Position numbers and translations under genes: made by a program. Below, one piece after another: positions 9,921-22,626 of a stretch of DNA of 64,000 nucleotides. Numbering within the stretch: the stretch's first letter is position 1; every line of letters starts with the position of its first letter. The stretch is from Auanema rhodensis (lineage: Eukaryota; Animalia; Nematoda): the NCBI GenBank assembly GCA_964057225.1, contig OZ059899.1, positions 10,664,001 to 10,728,000 of the forward strand, written 5' to 3'. The notes under the pieces are model-generated. The model worked only from the letters and a program-made list of their open reading frames with translations. It was not told where the DNA came from and ran no database searches.

Positions 9921-12900
9921 CTCTCCTTTTTTTATATCAAACGGGAGTTTTATGTAATTGTAGAGAAATCAAGATCAGTCTGTTCTGTTCGAGTACTGTA
10001 AGACAGAAAGTTTCAATCTAATAGGCTCTTTATCAATGTTAATGTATAAGTTTAAATTGGATATCTAACAATCTTTTTCATTTTATTTCTTTTTGTTTGT
10101 TCTAAAGTAGGAAAAACTAGTTCTTTTCTTTCTAATTTCCATTCCAAATGTATTCGAATTCCAGGAAAATATATAAGGCCTTGTTCAACTAAGATTTCAG
10201 AAACTCTTATGAAAAAAAACTAAGACAATTGTGATGAGAGAAATTAAGAGAAAACCTATGGAGCTGACATTACATTTTTCGACAATATCACTAGATTCGA
10301 TATCATTGATATCCTGGAAACGTTATTCCTCTCCTTTTTTTATATCAAACGAGAGTTTTATGTAATCGTAGAGAAATCAGGATCAGTCTGTTCTGTTGAA
10401 GAACTGTAAGACAGAAAATTTCAATCTAATAGGCTTTTTATCAATGTTTATGTATAAGTTAAAATTGGATATCTAACAATCTTTTCATTTTATTCCTTAT
10501 TGTTTGTTTTAAAGTAGGAAAAATTTGTTTTTTTTTCTTTCTAACTTTCATCCAAAATGCTTTCGAATTCCAGGAAAATATATAAGGCCTTGGTCAACTA
10601 AGATTTCAGAAACTCTTATGAAAAAAAACTAAGACAATTGTGATGAGAGAAATTAAGAGAAAACCTATGGAGCTGACATTACATTTTTCGACAATATCAC
10701 TAGATCCGATATCATTGATATCCTGGAAACGTTATTCCTTTCCTTTTTTTATATCAAACGGGAGTTTTATGTAATTGTAGAGAAATCAAGATCAGTCTGT
10801 TCTGTTCGAGTACTGTAAGACAGAAAGTTTCAATCTAATAGGCTCTTTATCAATGTTATGTTTAAGTATAAGTTTAAATTGGATATCTAACAATCTTTTC
10901 ATTTTATTCCTTATTGTTTGTTTTAAAGTAGGAAAAAATTGTTTTTTTTTCTTTCTAATTTCCATTCCAAATGCTTTCGAATTCCAGGAAAATATATAAA
11001 GCCTTGTTCAACTAAGATTTCAGAAACTCTTATGAGAAAAAAAACTAAGACAATTGTGATGAGAGAAATTAAGAGAAAAACTATGGAACTGACTTTACAT
11101 TTTTCGACAATATCACTAGATTCGATATCATTGATATCCTGGTAACGTTATTCCTCTCCTTTTTTTATATCAAACGAGAGTTTTAAGTAATCGTAGAGAA
11201 ATCAGGATCAGTCTGTTCTGTTGAAGAACTGTAAGACAGAAAATTTCAATCTAATAGGCTTTTTATCAATGTTAATGTATAAGTTAAAATTGGATATCTA
11301 ACAATCTTTTCATTTTATTCCTTATTGTTTGTTTTAAAGTAGGAAAAAATTGTTTTTTTTTCTTTCTAATTTTCATCCAAAATGCTTTCGAATTCCAGGA
11401 AAATATATAAGACCTTGGTCAACTAAGATTTCAGAAACTCTTATGAAAAAAAACTAAGACAATTGTGATGAGAGAAATTAAGAGAAAACCTATGGAGCTG
11501 ACATTACATTTTTCGACAATATCACTAGATCCGATATCATTGATATCCTGGAAACGTTATTCCTCTCCTTTTTTTATATCAAACGGGAGTTTTATGTAAT
11601 TGTAGAGAAATCAAGATCAGTCTGTTCTGTTCGAGTACTGTAAGACAGAAAGTTTCAATCTAATAGGCTTTTTATCAATGTTATGTTTAGGTATAAGTTT
11701 AAATTGGATATCTAACAATCTTTTTCATTTTATTTCTTTTTGTTTGTTTCATAGTAGGAAAAACTAGTTCTTTTCTTTCTAATTTCCATCTAAAATACTT
11801 TCGAATTCCAGGAAAATATATAAGGACTTGTTCAACTAAGATTTCAGAAACTCTTATGAGAAAAAAAACTAAGACAATTGTGATGAGAGAAATTAAGAGA
11901 AAACCTATAGAGCTGACATTACATTTTTCGACAATATCACTAGATTCGATATCATTGATATCCTGGAAACGTTATTCCTCTCCTTTTTTTATATCAAACG
12001 AGAGTTTTATGTAATCGTAGAGAAATCAGGATCAGTCTGTTCTGTTGAAGAACTGTAAGACAGAAAATTTCAATCTAATAGGCTTTTTATCAATGTTAAT
12101 GTATAAGTTAAAATTGGATATCTAACAATCTTTTCATTTTATTCCTTATTGTTTGTTTTAAAGTAGGAAAAAATTGTTTTTTTTTTCTTTCTAATTTTCA
12201 TCCAAAATGCTTTCGAATTCCAGGAAAATATATAAGGCCTTGGTCAACTAAGATTTCAGAAACTCTTATGAAAAAAAACTAAGACAATTGTGATGAGAGA
12301 AATTAAGAGAAAACCTATGGAGCTGACATTACATTTTTCGACAATATCACTAGATCCGATATCATTGATATCCTGGAAACGTTATTCCTCTCCTTTTTTT
12401 ATATCAAACGGGAGTTTTATGTACTTGTAGAGAAATCAAGATCAGTCTGTTCTGTTCGAGTACTGTAAGACAGAAAGTTTCAATCTAATAGGCTCTTTAT
12501 CAATGTTAATGTATAAGTTTAAATTGGATATCTAACAATCTTTTTCATTTTATTTCTTTGTGTTTGTTTTAAAGTAGGAAAAAATTGTTTTTTTTTTTCT
12601 TTCTAATTTTCATCCAAAATGCTTTCGAATTCCAGGAAAATATATAAGGCCTTGTTCAACTAAGATTTCAGAAACTCTTATGAAAAAAACTAAGACAATT
12701 GTGATGAGAGAAATTAAGAGAAAACCTATGGAGCTGACATTACATTTTTCGACAATATCACTAGATTCGATATCATTGATATCCTGGAAACGTTATTCCT
12801 CTCCTTTTTTTATATCAAACGAGAGTTTTATGTAATCGTAGAGAAATCAGGATCAGTCTGTTCTGTTGAAGAACTGTAAGACAGAAAATTTCAATCTAAT

Positions 12901-13664
12901 AGGCTTTTTATCAATGTTTATGTATAAGTTAAAATTGGATATCTAACAATCTTTTCATTTTATTCCTTATTGTTTGTTTTAAAGTAGGAAAAATTTGTTT
13001 TTTTTTCTTTCTAACTTTCATCCAAAATGCTTTCGAATTCCAGGAAAATATATAAGGCCTTGGTCAACTAAGATTTCAGAAACTCTTATGAAAAAAAACT
13101 AAGACAATTGTGATGAGAGAAATTAAGAGAAAACCTATGGAGCTGACATTACATTTTTCGACAATATCACTAGATCCGATATCATTGATATCCTGGAAAC
13201 GTTATTCCTCTCCTTTTTTTATATCAAACGGGAGTTTTATGTAATTGTAGAGAAATCAAGATCAGTCTGTTCTTTTGGAGTACTGTAAGACAGAAACTTT
13301 CAATCTAATAGGCTTTTTATCAAAGTAAATGAATAAGTTTAAATTGGATATCTAACAATCTTTTTCATTTTATTTCTTATTGTTTGTTTCCAAGTATTAA
13401 AAACTAGTTCTTTTCTTTCTAATTTCCATCCAAAATGCTTTCGAATTCCAGGAAAATATATAAGGCCTTGGTCAACTAAGATTTCAGAAACTCTTATGAA
13501 AAAAACTAAGACAATTGTGATGAGAGAAATTAAGAGAAAACCTATGGAGCTGACATTACATTTTTCGACAATATCACTAGATCCGATATCATTGATATCC
13601 TGGAAACGTTATTCCTCTCCTTTTTTTATATCAAACGGGAGTTTTATGTAATTGTAGAGAAATC
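9921..13664 (+). repeat. ~409-bp tRNA-less satellite, ~9 monomers, alternating A/B dimer
   Basis: Unit landmark CCAGGAAAATATATAAGGCCTTG recurs every ~409-415 bp; TTCGAGTACTG and TTGAAGAACTG variants alternate. Confidence 0.95.
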
Positions 13665-13938
13665 TATTGAAGTTAATGTATGAGTTAAAATTGGATATCT
13701 AACACTCTTTTTTATTTTTTTTCTTATTGTTTTTTTTAAAATAGGAAAAACTAGTTCTTTTTTTTCTAATTTCAATCTGAAATGCTTTCGAATTTCAGAA
13801 AAATATATATGTTGACAACAAAGAAACTGCTCAAAACACGTTTTGTTCAACTGTGTAATTCTTATGACACAATGCAAAAAAAATCATGGAACAAATAAAT
13901 TCGATTTTTATGAATGACAAGTGAAATGAAAAAAATGA

Positions 13939-14011
13939 CGACCACGGCAAGATACGACCCTTCAATTTTCTGCTCCGTAAGCAGACGCGTTATCCATTGC
14001 GCCACGCGGCC
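13939..14011 (-). tRNA. tRNA-Arg-ACG: tRNA-Arg(ACG), degenerate T-arm (probable pseudogene)
   Basis: 73 nt; anticodon arm TCTGC-TTACGGA-GCAGA; T-arm GAAGGGTCGTATCTTG. Confidence 0.75.
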
Positions 14012-14544
14012 TTGTTTAAGTAAGATTTCAGAAACTCTTATGAGAGAAAAAACTAAGACGATTGTGATAAGAGAAATTAACAGAAAAACTATGAAGCCGA
14101 CATTGCATTTTTCTACATTATCAGTAGATCTCAAATCATTGATATCCCGGAAACGTTATTTCTATCCCTTTTTTATATCAAACGGGAGTTCTATGTGATC
14201 GTAGAAATGAGGATCAGTCTGTTCTGTTGGAGAACTGTAAGACAGAAATTTTCAATCTAATAGGTTTTTTTATTGAAGTTAATGTATAAGTTATAATTGG
14301 ATATCTAACACTCTTTTTTATTTTTTTCTTATTGTTTTTTTTAAAATAGGAAAAACTAGTTCTTTTTTCTCTAATTTCAATCTGAAATGCTTTCGAATTT
14401 CAGAAAAATATATATGTTGACAACAAAGAAACTGCTCAAAACACGTTTTGTTCAACTGTGTAATTCTTATGACACAATGCAAAATAATCATGGAAAAGAT
14501 AAATAAGATTTTTATGAATGACAAGTGGAATGAAAAAAAAATGA

Positions 14545-14617
14545 CGACCACGGCAGGATTTGACCCTACAATTTTCTGCTCCGTAGGCAGACGCGTTATC
14601 CATTGCGCCACGCGGCC
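14545..14617 (-). tRNA. tRNA-Arg-ACG: tRNA-Arg(ACG), T54G B-box variant
   Basis: 73 nt; T-loop GTCAAAT; oligo-T terminator 3 nt downstream. Confidence 0.8.
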
Positions 14618-15151
14618 TTGTTCAAGTAAGATTTCAGAAACTTTTATGATAGAAAAAACTTAGACGATTGTGATGAGAGAAATTAACAGGAAAACTATGA
14701 AGCTGACATTACATTTTTCTACATTATCAGTAGATCTCAAATCATTGATATCCTGGAAACGTTATTTCTATCCCTTTTTTATATGAAACGGGAGTTCTAT
14801 GTGATCGTAGAAATGAGGATCAGTCTGTTCTGTTGGAGAACTGTGAGACAGAAAATTTCAATCTAATAGGTTATTTTATCAAAGTTAATGTATAAGTTGA
14901 AATTGGATATCTAACACTCTTTTTTATTTTATTTCTCATTGTTTGTTTTAAAATAGGAAAAACTAGTTCTTTTTTTTTCTAATTTCAATCTGAAATGCTT
15001 TCGAATTTCAGAAAAATATATATGTTGACAACAAAGAAACTGCTCAAAACACGTTTTGTTCAACTGTGTAATTCTTATGACACAATGCAAAATAATCATG
15101 GAAAAGATAAATAAGATTTTTATGAATGACAAGTGAAATGAAAAAAAATGA

Positions 15152-15224
15152 CGACCACGGCAGGATTTGACCCTACAATTTTCTGCTCCGTAGGCAGACG
15201 CGTTATCCATTGCGCCACGCGGCC
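15152..15224 (-). tRNA. tRNA-Arg-ACG: tRNA-Arg(ACG), T54G B-box variant
   Basis: 73 nt; T-loop GTCAAAT; oligo-T terminator. Confidence 0.8.
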
Positions 15225-15757
15225 TTGTTCAACTAAGGTTTCAGAAACTCTTATGAGAAAAAAAACTAAGACAATTGTGATGAGAGCAGTTAAGAGAAAA
15301 ACTATGAAGCTGACATTACATTTTTCTACATTATCAGTAGATCTCAAATCATTGATATCCTGGAAACGTTATTTCTATCCCTTTTTTATATGAAACGGGA
15401 GTTTTATGTGATCGTAGAAATGAGGATCAGTCTGTTCTGTTGGAGAACTGTAAGACAGAAATTTTCAATCTAATAGGTTTTTTTATTAAAGTTAATGTAT
15501 AAGTTAAAATTGGATATCTAACACTCATTTTTATTTTTTTTCTTATTGTTTCTTTCAAAATAGGAAAAACTAGTTCTTTTTTTTCTAATTTCAATCTGAA
15601 ATGCTTTCGAATTTCAGAAAAATATATATGTTGACAACAAAGAAACTGCTCAAAACACGTTTTGTTCAACTGTGTAATTCTTATGACACAATGCAAAATA
15701 ATCATGGAAAAGATAAATAAGATTTTTATGAATGACAAGTGAAATGAAAAAAAATGA

Positions 15758-15830
15758 CGACCACGGCAGGATTCGAACCTACAATCTTCTGCTCCGTAGG
15801 CAGACGCGTTATCCATTGCGCCACGCGGCT
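15758..15830 (-). tRNA. tRNA-Arg-ACG: tRNA-Arg(ACG), near-intact (G1A only)
   Basis: Intact A box TGGCGCAATGG and B box GGTTCGAATCC; A1:C72 mismatch. Confidence 0.9.
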
Positions 15831-16363
15831 TTGTTCAAGTAAGATTTCAGAAACTCTTATGATAGAAAAAACTAAGACGATTGTGATGAGAGAAATTACC
15901 AGAAAAACTATGAAGCTGACATTACATTTTTCTACATTATCAGTAGATCTCAAATCATTGATATCCTGGAAACGTTATTCCTCTTCTTTTTTCATATCAA
16001 ACGGGAGTTTTATGTGATCGTAGAAATGAGGATCAGTCTGTTCTGTTGGAGAACTGTAAGACAGAAATTTTCAATCTAATAGGTTATTTTATCAAAGTTA
16101 ATGTATAAGTTGAAATTGGATATCTAACACTCTTTTTTATTTTATTTCTCGTTGTTTGTTTAAGAATAGGAAAAACTAGTTCTTTTTTTTCTAATTTCAA
16201 TCTGAAATGCTTTCGAATTTCAGAAAAATATATATGATGACAACAAAGAAACTGCTCAAAACACGTTTTGTTCAACTGTGTAATTCTTATGACACAATGC
16301 AAAATAATCATGGAAAAGATAAATAAGATTTTTATGAATGACAAGTGAAATGAAAAAAAATGA

Positions 16364-16436
16364 CGACCACGGCAGGATTCGAACCTACAATCTTCTGCTC
16401 CGTAGGCAGACGCGTTATCCATTGCGCCACGCGGCT
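16364..16436 (-). tRNA. tRNA-Arg-ACG: tRNA-Arg(ACG), near-intact (G1A only)
   Basis: Intact A and B boxes; A1:C72 mismatch. Confidence 0.9.
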
Positions 16437-16838
16437 TTGTTCAAGTAAGATTTCAGAAACTCTTATGATAGAAAAAACTAAGACGATTGTGATGAGAGAA
16501 ATTAACAGAAAAAGTATGAAGCTGACATTACATTTTTCTACATTATCAGTAGATCTCAAATCATTGATATCCTGGAAACGTTATTTCTATCCCTTTTTTA
16601 TATCAAACGGGAGTTTTATGTGATCGTAGAAATGAGGATCAGTCTGTTCTGTTGGAGAACTGTAAGACAGAAATTTTCAATATAATAGGTTATTCTATCA
16701 AAGTTAATGTATAAGTTGAAATTGGATTCTAACACTCTTTTTTATTTTATTTCTCATTGTTTGTTTTAGAATAGGAAAAACTAGTTCTTTTTTTTTCTAA
16801 TTTCAATCTGAAATGCTTTCGAATTTCAGAAAAATATA

Positions 16839-17514
16839 CAGTCATGTGTAAAAGAAAAAGGGCAAGATTTAGAAAATATTAGAATCTGGAGCTCAGACTA
16901 CAATTTAGGAATCTGAAAAAAATCGATAATGGCTAGGAATTATGTTGCTAAAAAATGGAGCTGAATTCATTTTTTAAAACTAACTTTGAAATGTATTATT
17001 TTGGAAATTAAAATGATTCAGCTTCATTTTTAATATGCAAATTTAGATGGTTCAAGGCAGAAGATACAGCAACGAGATGAGGGAGACAGTCCTCAGGCTC
17101 GAAGACGAAGGGTTTGCAACCCGAAAAATTGCTGCTTTTACGGCTATCTCGAAGAGCTGCGTTCAAGCCATCATCAAGGATCACAGCCAAGGAGTAGCAA
17201 TGATAAAGCGGAATAGATTCATCTTCCAGCAGGACAACGACCTAAAGCACACTGCTCATTCAACTAAACAGTGGTTTCAGCAGAATAGGGTCACTCTCTT
17301 ACCCTGGCCTAGTCAATCGCCCGATCTGAATCCGATCGAACATCTATGGAGAGATTTGGGAAGAAGGGCGGCTCAATTTCCGTCATCGAACAAGGACGAG
17401 AAGTTCAGATGCCTAAGAATCCTCTGGCGAGAAACTTCTCCGGGTATTTTGAAGAAGCTCGTCAATTCGATGAATAGAAGGCTCAAAGCTGTGATTGATA
17501 ATTTCGGGTATTAT
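16839..17514 (+). mobile_element. Tc1-like (DD34E) transposon, internally deleted, right end lost
   Basis: TA at 16837-16838 then CAGT terminus; transposase ORF follows; array resumes in opposite orientation at ~17515. Confidence 0.9.
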
Positions 17515-17517
17515 TAA
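17047..17517 (+). pseudogene. Tc1 transposase with in-frame internal deletion
   Basis: N-terminal HTH fused directly to FIFQQDNDLKHT...WPSQSPDLNPIEHLW (34 residues between D and E); first catalytic D missing. Confidence 0.92.
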
Positions 17518-17773
17518 AAACCTATTAGATTGAAAATTTCTGTCTTACAGTTCTTCAACAGAACAGACTGATCCTCATTTCTACGATCACATAAAACTCC
17601 CGTTTGATATAAAAAAGGGATAGAAATAACGTTTCCAGGATATCAATGATTTGAGATCTACTGATAATGTAGAAAAATGTAATGTCAGCTTCATAGTTTT
17701 CCTGTTAATTTCTCTCATCACAATCGTCTAAGTTTTTTCTATCATAAAAGTTTCTGAAATCTTACTTGAACAA

Positions 17774-17846
17774 GGCCGCGTGGCGCAATGGATAACGCGT
17801 CTGCCTACGGAGCAGAAAATTGTAGGGTCAAATCCTGCCGTGGTCG
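17774..17846 (+). tRNA. tRNA-Arg-ACG: tRNA-Arg(ACG), T54G variant
   Basis: 73 nt; T-loop GTCAAAT; T-run terminator. Confidence 0.8.
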
Positions 17847-18380
17847 TCATTTTTTTTTCATTCCACTTGTCATTCATAAAAATCTTATTTATCTTTTCCA
17901 TGATTATTTTGCATTGTGTCATAAGAATTACACAGTTGAACAAAACGTGTTTTGAGCAGTTTCTTTGTTGTCAACATATATATTTTTCTGAAATTCGAAA
18001 GCATTTCAGATTGAAATTAGAAAAAAAAGAACTACTTTTTCCTATTTTAAAAAAAACAATAAGAAAAAAAATAAAAAAGAGTGTTAGATATCCAATTTTA
18101 ACTTATACATTAACTTCAATAAAAAAACCTATTAGATTGAAAATTTCTGTCTTACAGTTCTCCAACAGAACAGACTGATCCTCATTTCTACGATCACATA
18201 AAACTCCCGTTTGATATAAAAAAGGGATAGAAATAACGTTTCCAGGAAATCAATGATTTGAGATCTACTGATAATGTAGAAAAATGTAATGTCAGCTTCA
18301 TAGTTTTTCTGTTGATTTCTCTCATCACAATCGTCTTAGTTTTTTCTATCATAAGAGTTTCTGAAATCTTACTTGAACAA

Positions 18381-18453
18381 GGCCGCGTGGCGCAATGGAC
18401 AACGCGTCTGCCTACGGGGCAGAAAATTGTAGGGTCAGATCCTGCCGTGGTCG
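18381..18453 (+). tRNA. tRNA-Arg-ACG: tRNA-Arg(ACG), degenerate
   Basis: T-loop GTCAGAT; anticodon loop CTACGGG. Confidence 0.7.
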
Positions 18454-18986
18454 TCATTTTTTTTCATTTCACTTGTCATTCATAAAAATCTTATTTATCT
18501 TTTCCATGATTATTTTGCATTGTGTCATAAGAATTACACAGTTGAACAAAACGTGTTTTGAGCAGTTTCTTTGTTGTCAACATATATATTTTTCTGAAAT
18601 TCGAAAGCATTTCAGATTGAAATTAGAAAAAAAAGAACTAGTTTTTCCTATTTTGAAAGAAACAATAAGAAAAAAAATAAAAATGAGTGTTAGATATCCA
18701 ATTTTAACTTATACATTAACTTTAATAAAAAAACCTATTAGATTGAAAATTTCTGTCTTACAGTTCTCCAACAGAACAGACTGATCCTCATTTCTACGAT
18801 CACATAGAACTCCCGTTTGATATAAAAAAGGGAAAGAAATAACGTTTCCAGGATATCAATGATTTGAGATCTACTGATAATGTAGAAAAATGTAATGTCA
18901 GCTTCATAGTTTTTCTGGTAATTTCTCTCATCACAATCGTCTTAGTTTTTTCTATCATAAGAGTTTCTGAAATCTTACTTGAACAA

Positions 18987-19059
18987 AGCCGCGTGGCGCA
19001 ATGAATAACGCTTCTGCCTACGGAGCAGAAAATTGTAGGGTCAAATCCTGCCGTGATCG
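18987..19059 (+). tRNA. tRNA-Arg-ACG: tRNA-Arg(ACG), degenerate
   Basis: G1A, D-loop AATGAAT, T54G, acceptor change. Confidence 0.65.
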
Positions 19060-19593
19060 TCATTTTTTTTTCATTTCACTTGTCATTCATAAAAATCTTA
19101 TTTATCTTTTCCATGATTATTTTGCATTGTGTCATAAGAAATACACAGTTGAACAAAACGTGTTTTGAGCAGTTTCTTTGTTGTCAACATATATATTTTT
19201 CTGAAATTCGAAAGCATTTCAGATTGAAATTAGAAAAAAAAGAACTAGTTTTTCCTATTTTAAAAAAAACAATAAGAAAAAAAATAAAAAAGAGTGTTAG
19301 ATATCCAATTTTAACTTATACATTAACTTCAATAAAAAAACCTATTAGATTGAAAATTTCTGTCTTACAGTTCTCCAACAGAACAGACTGATCCTCATTT
19401 CTACGATCACATAGAACTCCCGTTTCATATAAAAAAGGGATAGAAATAACGTTTCCAGGAAATCAATGATTTGAGATCTACTGATAATGTAGAAAAATGT
19501 AATGTCAGCTTCATAGTTTTTCTGGTAATTTCTTTCATCACAATCGTCTTAGTTTTTTCTATCATAAGAGTTTCTGAAATCTTACTTGAACAA

Positions 19594-19666
19594 AGCCGCG
19601 TGGCGCAATGGATAACGCGTCTGCCTACGGAGCAGAAAATTGTAGGGTCAAATCCTGCCGTGGTCG
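19594..19666 (+). tRNA. tRNA-Arg-ACG: tRNA-Arg(ACG), G1A + T54G variant
   Basis: 73 nt; T-loop GTCAAAT. Confidence 0.75.
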
Positions 19667-20199
19667 TCATTTTTTTTCATTTCACTTGTCATTCATAAAA
19701 ATCTTATTTATCTTTTCCATGATTATTTTGCATTGTGTCATAAGAATTACACAGTTGAACAAAACGTGTTTTGAGCAGTTTCTTTGTTGTCAACATATAT
19801 ATTTTTCTGAAATTCGAAAGCATTTCAGATTGAAATTAGAAAAAAAAGAACTACTTTTTCCTATTTTAAAAGAAACAATAAGAAAAAAAATAAAAAAAAG
19901 AGTTAGATATCCAATTTTAACTTATACATTAACTTTAATAAAAAAACCTGTTAGATTGAAAATTTCTGTCTTACAGTTCTCCAACAGAACAGACTGATCC
20001 TCATTTCTACGATCACATAGAACTCCCGTTTCATATAAAAAAGGGATAGAAATAACGTTTCCAGGATATCAATGATTTGAGATCTACTGATAATGTAGAA
20101 AAATGTAATGTCAGCTTCATAGTTTTCCTGTTAATTTCTCTCATCACAATCGTCTAAGTTTTTTCTATCATAAAAGTTTCTGAAATCTTACTTGAACAA

Positions 20200-20272
20200 G
20201 GCCGCGTGGCGCAATGGATAACGCGTCTGCCTACGGAGCAGAAAATTGTAGGGTCAAATCCTGCCGTCGTCG
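20200..20272 (+). tRNA. tRNA-Arg-ACG: tRNA-Arg(ACG), T54G + acceptor variant
   Basis: Ends CCGTCGTCG; T-loop GTCAAAT. Confidence 0.75.
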
Positions 20273-20807
20273 TCATTTTTTTTTCATTTCACTTGTCATT
20301 CATAAAAATCGAATTTATTTTTTCCATGATTTTTTTTGCATTGTGTCATAAGAATTACACAGTTGAACAAAACGTGTTTTGAGCAGTTTCTTTGTTGTCA
20401 ACATATATATTTTTCTGAAATTCGAAAGCATTTCAGATTGAAATTAGAAAAAAAAGAACTACTTTTTCCTATTTTAAAAGAAACAATAAGAAAAAAAATA
20501 AAAAAAAGAGTTAGATATCCAATTTTAACTTATACATTAACTTTAATAAAAAAACCTATTAGATTGAAAATTTCTGTCTTACAGTTCTCCAACAGAACAG
20601 ACTGATCCTCATTTCTACGATCACATAAAACTCCCGTTTGATATAAAAAAGGGATAGAAATAACGTTTCCAGGATATCAATGATTTGAGATCTACTGATA
20701 ATGTAGAAAAATGTAATGTCAGCGTCATAGTTTTTCTGTTGATTTCTCTCATCACAATCGTCTTAGTTTTTTCTATCATAAGAGTTTCTGAAATCTTACT
20801 TGAACAA

Positions 20808-20880
20808 GGCCGCGTGGCGCAATGGACAACGTGTCTGCCTACGGGGCAGAAAATTGTAGGGTCAGATCCTGCCGTGGTCG
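20808..20880 (+). tRNA. tRNA-Arg-ACG: tRNA-Arg(ACG), degenerate
   Basis: D-stem change AACGTGT; T-loop GTCAGAT. Confidence 0.65.
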
Positions 20881-21413
20881 TCATTTTTTTTCATTTCACT
20901 TGTCATTCATAAAAATCTTATTTATCTTTTCCATGATTATTTTGCATTGTGTCATAAGAATTACACAGTTGAACAAAACGTGTTTTGAGCAGTTTCTTTG
21001 TTGTCAACATATATATTTTTCTGAAATTCGAAAGCATTTCAGATTGAAATTAGAAAAAAAAGAACTAGTTTTTCCTATTTTGAAAGAAACAATAAGAAAA
21101 AAAATAAAAATGAGTGTTAGATATCCAATTTTAACTTATACATTAACTTTAATAAAAAAACCTATTAGATTGAAAATTTCTGTCTTACAGTTCTCCAACA
21201 GAACAGACTGAGCCTCATTTCTACGATCACATAGAACTCCCGTTTGATATAAAAGAGGGATAGAAATAACGTTTCCAGGATATCAATGATTTGAGATCTA
21301 CTGATAATGTAGAAAAATGCAATGTCGGCTTCATAGTTTTTCTGTTAATTTCTCTCATCACAATCGTCTTAGTTTTTTCTCTCATAAGAGTTTCTGAAAT
21401 CTTACTTAAACAA

Positions 21414-21486
21414 GGCCGCGTGGCGCAATGGATAACGCGTCTGCCTACGGAGCAGAAAATTGTAGGGTCAAATCCTGCCGTGGTCG
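21414..21486 (+). tRNA. tRNA-Arg-ACG: tRNA-Arg(ACG), T54G variant
   Basis: 73 nt; T-loop GTCAAAT. Confidence 0.8.
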
Positions 21487-22020
21487 TCATTTTTTTTTCA
21501 TTTCACTTGTCATTCATAAAAATCTTATTTATCTTTTCCATGATTATTTTGCATTGTGTCATACGAATTACACAGTTGAACAAAACGTGTTTTGAGCAGT
21601 TTCTTTGTTGTCAACATATATATTTTTCTAAAATTCGAAAGCATTTCAGATTGAAATTAGAAAAAAAAGAACTAGTTTTTCCTATTTTAAAAAAAACAAT
21701 GAGAAAAAAAATAAAAAAGAGTGTTAGATATCCAATAATAACTTATACATTAACTTTAATAAAAAAACCTATTAGATTGAAAATTTTTGTCTTACAGTTC
21801 TCCAACAGAACAGACTGATCCTCATTTCTACGATCACATAGAACTCCCGTTTGATATAAAAAAGGGATAGAAATAACGTTTCCAGGATATCAATGATTTG
21901 AGATCTACTGATATTGTAGAAAAATGTAATGTCAGCTTCATAGTTTTTCTGTTAATTTCTCTCATCACAATCGTCTTAGTTTTTTCTCTCATAAGAGTTT
22001 CTGAAATCTTACTTAAACAA

Positions 22021-22093
22021 GGCCGCGTGGCGCAATGGATAACGCGTCTGCTTACGGAGCAGAAAATTGAAGGGTCGTATCTTGCCGTGGTCG
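22021..22093 (+). tRNA. tRNA-Arg-ACG: tRNA-Arg(ACG), degenerate T-arm
   Basis: T-arm GAAGGGTCGTATCTTG. Confidence 0.72.
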
Positions 22094-22626
22094 TCATTTT
22101 TTTCATTTCACTTGTCATTCATAAAAATCGAATTTATTTTTTCCATGATTTTTTTTGCATTGTGTCATAAGAATTACACAGTTGAACAAAACGCGTTTTG
22201 AGCAGTTTTTTTGTTGTCAACATATATATTTTTCTGAAATTCGAAAGCATTTCAGATTGAAATTAGAAAAAAAAGAACTAGTTTTTCCTATTTTAAAAGA
22301 AACAATAAGAAAAAAAATAAAAAAGAGTGTTAGATATCCAATTTTAACTTATACATTAACTTTAATAAAAAAACCTATTAGATTGAAAATTTCTGTCTTA
22401 CAGTTCTCCAACAGAACAGACTGATCCTCATTTCTACGATCACATAGAACTCCCGTTTGATATAGAAAAGGGAGAGAAATAATGTTTCCAGGATATCAAT
22501 GATTTGAGATCTACTGATAATGTAGAAAAATGTAATGTCAGCTTCATAGTTTTTCTGTTAATTTCTCTCATCACAATCGTCTTAGTTTTTTCTCTCATAA
22601 GAGTTTCTGAAATCTTACTTAAACAA

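Larger units (their letters stand above)
13665..16838 (-). repeat. ~606-bp tandem repeat carrying tRNA-Arg(ACG), 5 tRNA copies on minus strand
   Basis: tRNA copies at 13939, 14545, 15152, 15758, 16364 (606-607 bp spacing). Confidence 0.95.
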
